Assembly: GCF_009914755.1 (NCBI RefSeq)
Contig: NC_060929.1
Source: the human T2T-CHM13v2.0 reference genome, Homo sapiens
DNA length: 64,000 nucleotides
Direction: 5' to 3' (one strand)
Positions 46,541-64,000 of the stretch are shown here, piece after piece (the first letter of the stretch is position 1; each line of letters begins with the position of its first letter). The translations under genes were made by a program, and so were the position numbers. Below the pieces are notes generated by a model. It saw only the letters and a program-made list of their open reading frames with translations, did no database searches and was not told the origin of the DNA.

Positions 46541-47299
46541 TAAACGGTCTAAGAAGGAAAAGTGAAGACTGTGTCTGTACTTTACATTAATGAACTATTA
46601 CAATTTAGAAACATATATAAGTCTCCACACTTCCTTATTTTCACAAAAATGCCATAGAGAGACAAATTGAAACATAAAAAACTAGATATATTCTCTCATC
46701 CCATGAGCCAGCCATGGAAACAGAGAGCAGCTCAATTAGTAGCAGAGGAACAGGTGAATTATCATCCACTTCTATCTATGCCCTAAAAGCAGAGTTTTTT
46801 CAGAAGCTTGAAGACAGAATGTTGACTATTTATTTTCCACACATAAAGACATTCTCCTTGTGCAATCAAACTACAATGTTTAAAATCAGGAAATTTGCAT
46901 TAATGTATTATTATAATCTAATCCTTCAGCCCTATTCAAGCATTAGCACTTGTCTCAATAGTGTCTTATATAACAAAAAGTTCAAGTTCAAAATCAAACA
47001 TTGTATTAAAATGTTAGGTCTGTTTAGTTTCCTTTAATCTGGAACAGGTTCATATTTTTTCTTGGTTTCCGTGACTTTAATATTTTTGAAGATTTCTGCC
47101 TAGTTATTTTTTAGAATGGCTCTCCCATCTTGAGTATGTGTGATGTTTCCTCATGTATGAATGAAGCATATACATCTTTGTCAGAAATATCCCAGAAGCA
47201 ATTCTGTACTCTCCTCATTATGTTCTATTGGGTGGGCCATGGTTTTTGATTTGTCTCATTACTGATGATGGTTACTTTTATTATTTGATAAAGGTTGTA

Positions 47300-47720
47300 T
47301 ATAACTTATCTATTATGGCATAATACATTAGCTAAAACCTTAGCGGTGTAAAACAGCAGATACTTACGTTTCTCATAGGAATGGCTCTATTGAGTACCTC
47401 TGTCTCAAGGCTTCTCAAGAGTTTGTAGCTACCTTGTTGGCTGGGGTTGCGGTCTGACCTAAAGGCTTAGTTAGGGGGTGGTAGAAATCTTCCATATGTT
47501 CTTTGCTACGTGGACCTCACAGGCCTACATCATAACGTGGCAGCTGGCTTTCCTCAGAATGAACTACCCAAAAGAGAGCTAGACAGAGAGAAAACCCTCT
47601 GATTGAAGCCATAGTCTATTTATAACCTAATCTTGAAAGTGACATCACATCCCATCTGCCATATTATACAAGTAAGTGCAACGCGAATACAAGAAAGCTG
47701 GGATCATTGAGGGCTCTCCT
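47300..47720 (-). mobile_element. Old MLT1-type MaLR LTR
   Basis: ctattatggcataat...aaaaccttagcggtgtaaaacagc and ctcacaggcctacatcataacgtggcagctggcttt motifs; internal-like sequence follows. Confidence 0.6.
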
Positions 47721-47899
47721 ACAGTCTACCTACCACTCTCTATATTCTGGCTCTCAATGATTCATGTTGCTCTCTCATGCAATATATCCTCATCCCCTTC
47801 TGAGGACCCCAAAATTTTCAACCCACTATAGCATCAGCTCAAAGTCCAGAAGCTTTTCATCTAAATCAAGTCCAGATGGGGAAGTGATTTTGGGTTTAA

Positions 47900-48322
47900 T
47901 TCTTTTTTTTTTTTCTTTTAGATTTTTTTACTTTTAGTTTTGGAGTACCTGTGCAGGATGTGCAGGTTTGTTACATTGATAAACATGTGCCAGGGTGGTT
48001 TGCTGCACCTATCAACCCATCACATAGGTATTAAGCCCAGCATGCATTAGTTATTTTTTCTAATGCTCCCCATCCCTCCCCTCCACCCCCCATCAAGCCC
48101 CAGTGTGTATTGTTCTCCACCCTGTGTCCATGTGTTCTTACTGTTCAGCTCCCACTTCTAAGAGACAACATGTGGTGTTTGGTTTTCTGTTCCTGCGTTA
48201 CTTTCCTAAGGATAATGGCTTCCAGATTCATCCATGTCCTTGCAGAGGACATGATCTCATTTCCTTTTTGTGGCGGCATAGTATTTCATGGTGTATATGT
48301 ACCACATTTTCTTCATCCAGCT
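47900..48322 (-). mobile_element. L1PA-type 3' end fragment
   Basis: Poly-T then gtgcaggatgtgcaggtttgttacat...gtgtatatgtaccacattttcttcatccag. Confidence 0.88.
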
Positions 48323-50587
48323 TTGTGATACTAAAGAGGCCAGTTACTTACTACACATTCACCAAAAATACAGTGGCAAAACAGGAATAATGTCTCTAGA
48401 CATTCCTGTTGAAAAAAATGGGAAAATGCACAGACTAAAAGAATGATTGGTCCACCACATTTTAAAATCCCAGTGGTAAATGTTGCAAGTCATTTGATTA
48501 TATTCAACGCCTGTGAATAATTATTCATGCCTCTCATCTCTGACCTCTAGGCTCTTCGTTCTGCCTTTTGAGTTATTCTTTTTTTTTTTTCCATGAAATA
48601 CAGCTTGTACTTGCAATAGTACTTGGGTGTTGAACTTGTTAAGAGTGCATATCCTTTTTTTCAGATCCATCTATCATTTCCTAGTTGTATGTGGTTGTGT
48701 GGGTTATTTCTCCTCTTTTACATTGATTTTCTCACCTGCAAGTGAATAATAGTAACACTTTATGAGCAGGGTTATTGCAAGTAGCAAGGAGAAAATATAT
48801 ATTTACCATTTGCCACAATCCCTGGGGAAGTGCAGTCAATACATTGGAAAGGGTCCTCATAAGAGTTTGATGATCATTCTCAGAAAGCTAGCCAGAGAAA
48901 GTCTAAATGGTAAAGGTTCCAGCTCATTATCTTCTTCCCTTTTCTCAAGTTTTCTCTCCATCTGACATGTGAGCTCAGTATTTACCATTGCCCTTTCTAC
49001 AAATTTAACCAAGTTTATTTAAAAACATAATGACCTTCTATCCCAATTTACATTTTCTTTGGTGTAGAGGACGCCTTTACCTTGATGTGTGGAGACAAGC
49101 CGTTGATTTGTAAGAAACACCAATTATCAGCTTCCACTTGTGCTTCACAATCTGCTGAGTCGCTTTAACACTTTTGATGAAATTGAGCAAGGCCTTGTGA
49201 TCTCTCCTGTGCCAGCCGTGAAGTGTCCACTGCACGCAGCTTGGCAGAACTATTTTCAGGGCCATAGGATGTTATGGCTGTGTGGGCAGGGAGCATTTTA
49301 TTCGTCTGTTTGATTCCTATGTTTTTATTAGTGGTGCAATTGCAAAGGTAATGCTATTGACACTTTTTGTGTAGCCTTGAGAGAAGAGTATGAATTGTTT
49401 TAGTAGCAGCACAGCGTGTCCCTAAATATAAATCATGCTGTACTGATAGTTACTTTAGCAGCCACTGATCAGCAATAAATGTTAAAAATTAACAAGAAGT
49501 TTCTTTTTTTCGAAACCACCAAATGACTCTAAGCATTAAATATATTTTAGCCGGAGTTGCTTCTCGGCCACAGAGTGGTTCACAACATTAAACATATTTT
49601 CAAAGTATTACTCCTTCCCCAGCCTCCAAGTGGTTGTAAACATTAAATATGTCTTATAAAAACTGCTTTGCCAGCTACTGGCAAGACAGCTATGAACATC
49701 ATTTTTCTTTAAAGTTGCCTTCCAGCTGCGGGACTATTTTTCCTTATTTGCTCTATTCTATTTATATTTTGTACACAAAAGCAGGCAAGAGGCTACATTG
49801 GCCCAATTGTCTCTGGCTTTATGATAAGTGATCGTGGGAGAGCAGTTGCACCTCCGTAAAACCCTGCTGGCCACAGGAGCTTGCTGAAGTTCAATCACTG
49901 ATACTGAATATTTCATATAGATGTCAGCTGTGTCTTCCAAAATAATTTTTGTTTTTCATTGTGCAATGTGTTGAGGCATAAAGATGGGCATGCATTAACA
50001 TCAGCATTAAGAAAAATAACTTGAAGCAACCAGACACTGATGAATTATACCCACTGATTCAGGTGAAAATATTCCGTGAAGAGAACAGACTCAAATGGCA
50101 GGACTAGTATGTTAATGAGGTCTTTAACCCAAACATGATGAAAGACTTGGAGCCTCTGTCTGGAAATCATCCAGTGTGACAACTGCATGTGATTCAAAAA
50201 GAGTGAAGAGTATGCTATTACATAAAGGTCTATCCAGGACTTAGAGCAGGAAATCTTTTCATTTTAACCAAATTCACAGTGAAAATAACGTGTGTCCCCT
50301 GAGTGAATTGAAAAATAAATTAGCTCTATCATCTCAGGCACAGTAATTCATCATCAGGCCAAATAATTAATTACTCAGGAAGGCTTTGATTTCTATGGGA
50401 GCCAAGTGTTCTCCAAATTGTGTAGTACTGTATCTTGCCAAATGTTTTATTTTAGGTGTATGTTCAACAGGTTCAAATATTCATCAATACCTACGTGACA
50501 GGCACTATTTTAGGTACTGGAGCTAGAACTTGAGCAAAAAAGACAAAAAGTCCTCCTCTCAGGAAGCTTTTACTCCAAAGGCCTCCT

Positions 50588-50790
50588 GCAGGGGCAGCAA
50601 GCTAAACTCTGTGAGCTAAATTCAACATATCATCTGTTTTTATTGGAACAGTTACACTTATTCATTTCTGTGTTGTCTATGGCTGCTTTCACACCACAAT
50701 GGAAGAGCTGGCAACAGAGACCATATGGCCTGCAAAGACTAAAATATTTACTATCTGCTCCTTCACAGAAAAGTATGTTGACCCATTACA
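50588..50790. mobile_element. MER58-type hAT MITE
   Basis: cagggg...gagaccatatggcctgcaaagactaaaatatttactatctg...ttgaccc. Confidence 0.7.
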
Positions 50791-52838
50791 TAGTGGATTG
50801 AGTTTGAGAGAGGAGATTAAGGTAAGGCCAACATTTTAAATTGACCTATGAGGAAAAAGTGTTTTTTTTCTCCCTAAAAATTACCTCCTCCAGAAGAAAA
50901 CAAAAAACAAAAAAACATAAAAATAAAAAGAAAGAAAATGGCAAGACCCAAGGTAAAATGAAGGGTAAAAGTGAGCACCACACTAATACATATGTATCAG
51001 CGTGAAATCAGATGCTGCCATTTAGTTCCTGCTGAAAGTGTTGGTTTGGCTTTATTAAAATAACTTAAACACAGTCTTTCAATGTTATAGACTCATGGTA
51101 AAGGTTTCTTTTTCCTTTTGTGAATTTTTAAAAATTTCTCTGCAAAAATTATTCCTCACACAATTATGTAACTTTATATTTTCGATTAAAACTAAAACTA
51201 AAAATGTTGAAAGAACAACTCGATATTGGATTAAAATATTCATTTTCCATCTTCATTCTCAGGATTCATATTTGGTTGCCTCATTGCGATATAAGTATGT
51301 TGAAAAAAATGGAAAATTGCTGAAAGCAAAAATTTTAAAACTCACCAGTATTAATAATTATCACCAAATAACTATTACAGAAAACTTCCTCAGAAAGTAA
51401 AATTAGGGTGAAGGTATCACAGGTTGGCACTATTTTCATTCCCTACCAAGAAACTGACACCTGAAAATTAAAAAAAAAAAAATCAGAGTCTACAGTTTTA
51501 CAAATAATTAACAAAATGAACATCAAAATAGGGTGCAATTTGTTTAATTGGCAAAGGCACACAACGAAAAAGAAATATGTCAATTAAACTGTCAACCATG
51601 TTAATTTTGCCTCTGAGAAAAACATTGTAATGGGATAATTTCACGAAATGCTTTGATGACAAGAAAATGCCAAAATATGATTAGCTACTTCAAAATTCAG
51701 CTGAAACAAGAAAGCAATTGGTGGCAGCCAGAATAACCAAAGGTCTTTTTTTTAATATACCTTTTTTTTTCCGTCTCTTTTTGCCTGTGTTTAATCAACA
51801 GCGTACATTTTGTTTGACAGTGAAATGATTCATAATGAAAACACTGGCATCACAAAAACTTAGCAGAAACTTTGCTATAAGATTAGAGTATACACTTCTA
51901 TTTTCCCCAAACTCTTTAAAAATATAATTACTATTTCTGAAAGAATTTGTTATCTTTATGAAATAATGTATTTTTCTTACTAGCATTAAGTGCTTATTTA
52001 GCTAAAAGCCAGAATTAGAAGCAATTCACTCATATGAGTATGTTTATATTTATATTGTCAAATATATTTACTTAGAATTTAAACCAAGATATATTTTATT
52101 TATTGTTCTCATCACTGCCTGTTAGTCAGAATGGATATTTTAAATTTTACCAGGTCATGTAAATTTTACTACCTATATTTCTTATTCCTGTTTGTTTAGA
52201 AAAATAATCTAGTCTATACCTAAGCTAACAAATAATCCTAAACATTGAAAATACAAACATGAGTATGAAGAATTCACTTTCTAATAAGTTTCAGCTTTTT
52301 ACAAATGGCTGCTTAAATATAATGCATAAATATGACGTATTTTTAAAAATACATCTTGTTTATGCATTACTTGAACCATAACTAATCCCCATTTCCAGTC
52401 AAAAAGAACACTGTCTACATATGTTAATCTCTAATACAACAAAAGCAGGCTTAGCTTAATGGGAAACTTATTAGAGTAAAATAGTTCTTTTTATTTTTTA
52501 TTTTATTTTATTATTACAATAAGAAGATTATAATTTGGTAACTAGCAGGAGAAGAAAGACTTCCAAAGATTATTTTATGGGTCCATGTATTTGCTTTTCC
52601 TGAGGGTAACTAGTGCTAATTCTAGAAAGGCAGAATGCTGTAGGAAAAACAAAATAAGCCCTGGAGTACAAAAGATTTGGATTCAAACTTTGAAGAAGGA
52701 TGGGGAAGTGTTTAGGAAAGTGCTTCCCTGTGTAAAACTTAGCTGGTAAGTACCATATTTCACTGAAATTGCTGTTATAATAATTGAAACAGATTATTAT
52801 TGGAAAAACAACATCAGCAAAACTAAAACCTAGATGAG

Positions 52839-53091
52839 TTTAAATAAGTGCCAGCCATTTTTCTCCTGTGGGGATTTAGAGTTGAAGTGGGTATCTTCGA
52901 TTACTTTTCTTTATCCTCATTCTTATTCTTATAATTTTTCCTAATAAGTCACCTAAGAAGGGCATTTAAATAAGTGCTAGCCTTTTTTCTCCTAGGGGGA
53001 TTTAGAGTTGAAGTGGATGTCTTCAATTACTTTTCTTCTCTATTCTCGTTCTTATTCTTATAATTTTTCCTAATAAGTCACCTAAGAAGGG
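52839..53091. repeat. Two-copy tandem duplication, ~126-bp unit
   Basis: tttaaataagtgc.agcc...ttcttattcttataatttttcctaataagtcacctaagaaggg twice (second copy starts at 52965). Confidence 0.92.
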
Positions 53092-53696
53092 GATTCTAGA
53101 AACATCTCTTTCCAAGAATACATATTGTTTTAAGAAATATCAGTTACCCCAAATACTTGAATAGAAACTAGGAAAACAGGAGAGGGAGATTATAGGTGTA
53201 AACAAGGAATTACTGTGCAGTAATATGTGTAGTGGACGTGAAAAGTAATGACTTAACAGTTTGAATACACAAAGATGGACCAAACAAATACATTTATTTC
53301 TCCTTTATTCCAAATTGCCATTGAAATAGGAAAATATAGTACTTATTAAAATAACTATGGAAAGTTGAGAAGAATTCTACCAACAGACTAAAGAGTAAGC
53401 AATTTCTGAAGGACATAAGTCATATCAGAGGCACTTTAGTCTTTGGCCATAATAGAATTATTGGAGGGACTTGCCTTTTCACTATAAACAATGATAAAAC
53501 TGGGCAACATATATGAGGAACCAGATTTTATGCATCAAACAAGAAGTACAAGTTTTTCATACTCAAGAGAGAAGAAAGCTGTGAGGTAAGTACCACATTT
53601 AACCAGAGAATGTGACTAGGGGCACTTTTTCTCCCATTAAACAAGGAGGCAGACTCTAAAAATAATGAGTTTAGAGGAAGAAATTAAAGCTTAAAG

Positions 53697-53940
53697 CTCT
53701 CATTTTGTAGGTTGTCTGCTTATTTGTTGATAATTTCTTTTGCTATGCAGAAGCTCTTAGTTTAATTAGGTTCCAAAAAGAGGTAGGGGTAGAGGGACAA
53801 GAGCCAAGGAACTTCCTGTTAGGTATTCAGTTCACTACCTGGGTGACAGGATCAGTGGAAGCCCAAACAGTAGCAGCAAGCAATATAACTTTGTAACAAA
53901 CCTGCACATATACCCCCTGAATCTAAAATTACAATTAAAT
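53697..53940. mobile_element. Short 5'-inverted L1 (minus-strand ORF2 piece to ~53775, then plus-strand 3' UTR), followed by (TC)n/(TATC)n
   Basis: gtaggttgtctg...tgcagaagctc.tagtttaattaggttcca is reverse L1; actacctgggtgacaggatc...cctgcacatataccccctgaatctaaaat is a forward L1 end. Confidence 0.7.
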
Positions 53941-55210
53941 CTCTATCTATATCATCTCTCTCTCTCTCTCTCTATCTATCTATCGATATTTGTAAATAGC
54001 TTACACTTGCTTAAGTGGTTGTTATTTAAGAGCTGCTGAAGTGGCTGAAATTTGTATAGGAAAGGAAAAAGAGGCATGGGGTAGGCCTACAGAAGCCAGA
54101 ATAAGTATTTGGCACCAATTTCGTCAAAAGCTGCTCTATACCTGAGCAGGGTTAACATCTGCAAGACCTGCTGAAAGCAGATACTGTGGGAATAAGATAT
54201 CAGTAGTAACAGGACAAGGAGATGTTTGGGTTACTGACTAGCCACAGGGAAGATATTTTACGGAATATTCCAGGCATTAAGAACAAGGACTATTTCTTTC
54301 AGTAAAGACTATGTCCTATCTTTAAGAACAAAAATGAAAGAGATTTTCATTAACAAATAATGAAACCAGGCATGGCAGATCAAAAGGATCTGGAAGCCAC
54401 TTAACAGCTTTCAAAGGACTATCTTAGGGCCTTTTACAAGAAGACAACGTCTAGATTTTCTACAGTGTATTAGTCAAAAATACAAGTTACGCAAAGAAGC
54501 AGGAAAATTTAATAAATAATCAAGGGGAAAAAAGCAGTCAATAGAACATACATCATAATGACCCAGGCATTGAAATCAACAGATATATATTATGAATATG
54601 TCCTTAGACTATGGAGATATTGTCACAATGATAGAACGAAAAAGGTAATTTTGAGAAATGAACATTGTTGAAGTAACAAGTGCAAAATATACAATGAAAG
54701 AGTCACTGGCAGGGTATACTCTCAGATTTCAGCTCTCTGAAAAGCAGACAAATAACCTTGAAAACCATTTTTGAATTTATCTAATCTCAAACAAAAGAGG
54801 AAAATGATTAAAATAAGAGATTGAATGACATGGGATATCAAGCCATCAAACCTATACACAAATGAAGTCTCAAAAGGATGAGTCAGAAAATGGGAAAGAA
54901 AAAATATATTTGAAGAAATAATTGCCAGTGTTTTCAAATTTTGATGAAAAATTTCAATGCAGAGATCCAAGAACATCGAATCAACAAGAACACATGTATG
55001 AAGGGTATAAAGCCAATAGCATAATTAAAATGAAATATTGAAAAATATCCATTTACTCTAAGGAAGGTAACACTGAACCGGTGAAGAAAGAAATATCAAC
55101 AACCAAGGGAAGAGAACAACACCCAAATAAGAAAATAGTAGGCAAATAGTAACATGGTAGATTTAACAACACTGACATCACTGATTAAATGTAAATGGAT
55201 TGAACATTTA

Positions 55211-55604
55211 TATTAGTTTCCTAGGGTTATATAACAAAGTACCATAAACTAGGTGCCTCAAGCAACAAAAATGTATTATCTCAAGTCCTGAAGGCTAGAA
55301 GTCTGAATTCAAGGTACTGGTTCCTTCTAAAGGCTGTGAAGAAGAATCTGTTCTAGACATCTCTCCGTGGCTTTTAGATGGCTTTCTTCATGTTCATATG
55401 TTGTGCTTTCTGGTGGCATTTTTGTGTCCAAATTTCCCCCTTTCATAAGGCCACCAGTCACATTGGATTACAGGCCACTCTATTATCCCATTTTGACTTG
55501 ATTACATCTATAAAGATCCTATCTTTCAATAAGGTTGCATCCTTAATTACTGGGGTAAGGACTTCAACGTATGTTTTTTTTGGCAGACAATTCAACCCAT
55601 AACA
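55211..55604 (-). mobile_element. MLT1-type solo LTR within old L1M sequence
   Basis: tattagtttcctaggg...ataacaaagtaccataaact and terminal caattcaacccataaca. Confidence 0.75.
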
Positions 55605-56792
55605 CACTTAAATTAAGAGCTAGCAATTTTGAGACTGGATTTAAAAAGGACAAAACTATATGCTCTGTATAATGAATGCATTTTTTTTTTGAGATGGAGT
55701 CATAAAATTGGTTGAAAATGAAAGGAAGTAAAACTGATGTAGCTGGCTAATACCAGAGAAAGTAGGATTCAAAATAAGCTGAAATATCAGAGATGGAATG
55801 ATAAAAGGTTAAGCTCATTAGCAATGCATTATAATTCTCAATGTTTATACAACTGATAACAGAGTGTCAAAATGCATGAAGTAAAAACAGACAGAACTAA
55901 ACAGAGAAATAGACTTTCACTCATAGTTGAAGATTTTAATCATCGGCTCAAAATAAACAATAGATGAACAAATAAAAATTAGTAAGGATTTGGAAGATTC
56001 TAATAATACTATCAACTAATGTAGTCTAATTTCAAGTTTTAGAACACTACACAAAAAATTTCATGAAAATATTTTTATCAAATTTACATGGAATGTTTAC
56101 GAAGGACTGTGTAGTCTCGGTCATTAAATAAGTCTCAATAATTTGCAAAAGATTAAAAATTATCTTCAGAGGTGAAACAATGGTTTTTGTGTTGATTGAG
56201 ATATTGATTAAATATGTACATTTGTGAAAACTTACTAAATTGAATGCTTAATTTCTGTGCATTTTGCTGTATCTCAATTCTAATAGAAAGACAGGCAAAC
56301 ATATAAATACCTATTACAGACATACCTACACACACACACGTGTGTGTGTATGTGCGTGTGTGTATGTGTGTGTATAAGTCATTTGCATATATACTGGCAG
56401 TGAATCCCAGTAAAGGTGAGGAATACATATTCTCACACTGGTAGAAATGATGACTTTTTACAGTCTGATTTTTTTTGTGTTTTAATCCAGAAATAATCCC
56501 AAAATTAGAGATACAAGGGAATGGTAATTGGTCCATAGAATAAGAACTGTCCAAGAAATTTATAGCACATGACTCCCTGTCCCACGCTCAATTGAGGTTT
56601 GTTTTATGTCTTTGCTCTGGGAAGAAAGCCCCCAGTTTAGCTTTCTAAATGATGAGTTCAGAATCTACTCACAAGCATTAGAGATTAGTAAAGTTCCTTG
56701 TATTCAGTAGAGTTCCTTGCAACAAGCATGAGCAGTAGAGATGCTGCCACTTTCAAAAGACTTACATATGGACCACTGAAAAGAAAGGCATT

Positions 56793-60158
<3,366 letters not shown>

Positions 60159-63100
60159 AAGAAAGCAAGCCCAAACCCATGCTGGACCACATGGCAGCAT
60201 GGCATTGCAATTTTCAATTACTTGGGGGAAATAAAGATTCTCATGTGATTAGAGGAAATAATCTTTATTTAATAACAATGCTTAATAAGAACACTTGACA
60301 ATAGATGGCTGAGAAAACCAAGAATCACCAAATATTTAAATAAAAATAAAAAATAAAGAATATCCTATCTATGAAATGATATAAACACTAAGAAAATAGA
60401 ATTAACAGAAGAAACTAAAGAAAATGTCAATAGCCTTGGTGTCCATACAGGAATAGGAATCACAAAAATAACCATAAAATATTTTTAAAAATACCTTTTA
60501 CAAGCAATACTCCAGAATGTCAGAAATTAAAAATATCATTAGCAAAATAAAATGTAGTAAACAGAATAAATAATATAAAAGATAAAACTGATGTCTAAAG
60601 ATTACCCCAGAATCTGAACTGCATGAGGGGGAATAATAATTACATTACTGGATATGAGAACAACTATTTAATAGACACATCTACTTGGATGACAATGCTT
60701 TTTTTTAAATGTCAAATTTCCAGTTTATTAATTTTAATACATTTCTGATCAAAATTACTCATTTCTTTTTGTGCCCTTATTTTTTGCATTAATTTTCATT
60801 TTTTACATCTCCATGCTGAATTGAAAAAAACTTCTACTGACCTGTATTTCAGTATATTAATTATTCCTTCAATGGTATCTAATCTGGTGGTAAATTATCT
60901 ATTATATTTAATTTAAGTAATCACATTTGTATTTTAAATGTTTTGCTTATTTCATCCACAATATAATACTAACACAGTTTTTTCTCTACAATTAGTTTAA
61001 GCTTTTAACTAAATTTTTAAAGAGTAAAATATTTATTATCTTTCTCTGATATTGTCCAATGTTTGAAGTCTTTGTGGGTCTAATTATGTTTCATGTTGTT
61101 TTTGTTGATTTTAACTTATTTTGCCTTGTTTCACTGTGTTCTTGAGAATATTGTAAGATTTAGCTTCAGGGTATTTTTATAAAGCATTCAGATTTGCTTC
61201 TCCCTAACACCTGGGCATACGAGTAGGACCACCTTAAAAAAATGTTCAATTTTTGAGATTACCTGAGTCACGCAGTCACACAAACCCAAGTAGTGGATCC
61301 AAGCTACCACTGCTTTAGGTCTGTCTGGTTCACCTTATGCTGAGGGTATAAGATTTGGTCATCTCAATCTTTTAAGGGAGGGCTCCTTAAGAAGACTTAA
61401 CATATGCTAGTCTTCGGTTTTGGTTTCTTTCTCATTCACCCTGAAACTGTCAAAATAAATATTAATATTTGTAGAGATCGGCAAATTGCAACTGGTAAGG
61501 TTATATCCTTACCTCTCTGGGTTCTTCTTTTCTCTTCAAATTTGGTTCGATCACTTATTAAAATTTTATAAGCTCTCAATGCTTTTTAAAAGGTGTTTTA
61601 AATGTGCAATCACTAGCATTTTTTAAAGTTTTTTCATTGGGAATTATAGTCTGAATAATATCCCACCATAACTAGAAAATGAAATACCTACCTATTACAA
61701 ATGCAATACATTTTATATATTGAGTAATTTGCCTTTTTCTAATTAATTTTATTTTAAAACTCATATTAAAATCTATATTTTATAAGAAAAAAAAAAAGCT
61801 TCACATTTGATTAAGACCAACTTAGCTTCACAAATCTCTACCCGAATGACCACAGGCAAGTGATCTGACATTTGCAAGTGCCTATTTTTTTTTTTTCATT
61901 TATAAAATGGAAATACATAACTGAGCTTAATGTGGATCAAAGAAATTAATATGTAAAAAAAATCAAACACAGAACCTGAAAATGATAGGAAGTCAATTAT
62001 TCAGCCTACCTATCCACTACTAAAATAATTCTTGGTTATGAACTTCACAAGGGAACACACTGTATTACTACTCTACTCAATAACATGAATTTCATTGTGT
62101 ATCTTCTGGGGCAAGTGCTTCTTCCAAACAAATTAAACCATGCCACTCACACAATGTTCATCTATCTCATAAGTTTTTGCTATTCTCCTGTTGATTTTAC
62201 ATTTAATGAGGGATAAATTCTATTTTCACAATCATAATCAAATAGTACCTAGAGAATAAAAGCTACTAAGACAAGACAACCCTCAATTCAATTAATAACT
62301 AATCCCTCTCTTTTTCAGAGGTACATCAGTTGTTCCTCCAGGATTAAAACCCCTCCTGTTTTACAATAAAAAAGCAGACAGATGACAGGATCTCATTAAA
62401 CATCTATTGTGCACCCACACAAAAAAAATTAAGTAGGCAGATGCTCTGATTATTTAAAGCAACACACAGAGTTTTAGGATGAAGTTTTATTTCTGAATTT
62501 TAACTTATGCACAACTTGTAAAATGTTACTTCATTTATAAATAAAGCAGCACTAACTTGGTAACTTGGAATCACTGTATTTTTCTTCATAAAGAATAAAG
62601 TCAGGATAACAGTTAGCTCTCTTTGTTTCTGAATAATGATTCAACATTAATTTAGATATTAGAAGCTCTCACATGCAAGTGTGTGTGCATGCACTCACAC
62701 ACACTACTCTGAAGAGGTAGAATATGAGGAAATAAGATACACATACACAGAGAAGGAATATGTAACATTTAATTTTAACCTCAATGACAGGAGGAGGAGC
62801 ACCAATAATCTAAAAAAAAAAAGAAATCCCAAAAGTTTTGGATTAGCTGCCTCTCTAGCTAAGTATATATTTTATTGCTAATCAATATGGCATGACCAAA
62901 ATTATAGCAATGAAAATAGTCATAATTATCATCAAGTAATGAAAATAATATTTATGTGCTCAACAGTATTACTTATATATTCTGATTAAATCATGTGCTA
63001 TTGAAAGCAGGATGAAGTAGAGCTTATTTTATATCTTAGAATTCTTTTCCATCAATGTCAGTTTAGGAAATGAAAGTTATTAGAATTTCAATGTAATTAA

Positions 63101-63597
63101 TTCATTTGCAATTGGTGTCTATTTGGTTATGTATTTTTTCATAGATATAGTCTGAGAGACATTATCTGGTAACTTTTATCATGTCTCTGAGAAACCAATT
63201 TTCTGTAAGGCCTAATTTTTTTTCTTAAATAAATATGTATCTGCTCATGCATATACCAACTTCATGGATTCCAAACAATAAAAAAGTTAATTGTAAGGAT
63301 TGGACAGAATCTACATTTTAAATGCTATTTAAAACATTATCACACTGTAGTGGAGGAATCATAAACTGCAGAAGTTTTTCAACCATGCCACCACAAACTA
63401 CATCTCTACAAAATGTTTTGTACTTTTACTTTAAAGAACTAAAATTGGAAACAAAGAGTGGAGAATTATTTCTTCCCTTTCTCTTCCCTTCATCCTCATT
63501 CTAGCACCAGTCATACCTGACCATGATTTTTAAAGAGTATAAATTACTCCTCTTCTCAGAGGTAGAAATACACAGAAAAATACACAAAAACCAAATT

Positions 63598-64000
63598 CTG
63601 TCAAAATATATTTAAAGAGGTTTATTCAGAGCCAGTATAAGTGACCAAGGCCTGGGTTACACTATCTCAAGAGGTTCTGAAAGCGTGCCCAAGGCAACCG
63701 GGTTACACTTTGGTTTTATACATTCCAAGGAGACAACCAACTGCAGGTAATTGCACGTAGGTCAAGGTAGGAGCTTGTACGTCATAAGGGGCTTTTAGGG
63801 ATCCTTTAGTTGACAATTGGTTGAGAGAGTTATGCTATCGTCTAAAGTCTTGAAATCGATAGAAAGGAATGCCTGAGTTCAGATAAGAGTGGGGGAAAGA
63901 CCAAGGATCTTATTAAGTAGATGAAGCCTCATAGGTGGCCCTCAGAGAGAATAGATGGTAAATGTTTCTTTTCAGACCTTTAAAGGTATCAGACTCTCAA
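63598..64000 (-). mobile_element. ERV1 MER4-group LTR, runs off the window
   Basis: gaggtttattcagagcc...tctcaagaggttctgaaagcgtgcccaagg...cttggttttatacatt and tttcagacctttaaagg motifs. Confidence 0.7.

Noticed and set aside
49079-49265. Possible minus-strand exon ending AAG|gtaaag at 49080 in a CpG-containing unique patch
   Set aside because: No convincing polypyrimidine acceptor found and the 62-aa ORF is unrecognisable. It may be a conserved non-coding element, but the sequence alone cannot support that.

Overview
Human (or very close hominid) genomic DNA that I recognise as part of the 5q13 SMA segmental-duplication region. It is a mosaic of three unrelated gene fragments. (1) Positions 1 to ~11.7 kb are an occludin-derived segment on the minus strand, with one intact 146-bp exon (OCLN exon 5-like, 1756-1901) and no upstream OCLN exons; this fits the partial duplicate OCLNP1. 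(2) Positions ~11.7-39 kb are a NAIP copy on the minus strand truncated at both ends. It has 8 coding-intact exons with canonical GT-AG sites, covering the end of BIR2, all of BIR3, the 2112-bp NACHT exon and the first LRR exon. The preceding BIR1/BIR2 exons and the later LRR exons are absent. (3) Positions ~39-64 kb are an AT-rich, Alu-poor, L1/LTR-rich block with one orphan cadherin-12 exon (41695-41989, plus strand; CDH12 pseudogene). The NAIP and OCLN fragments lie head-to-tail on the same strand, so a NAIP-to-OCLN chimeric splice is predicted. It would end the NAIP frame at once (...SKL-G-stop) and give 801-aa or 884-aa LRR-truncated NAIP ORFs. Two candidate non-coding minus-strand exons upstream could supply a new 5' end. 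Nearly all short ORFs in the supplied track are Alu/L1/LTR artefacts. Gene identities come from translating the sequence and comparing with remembered protein sequences; repeat subfamilies and boundaries are by-eye estimates.
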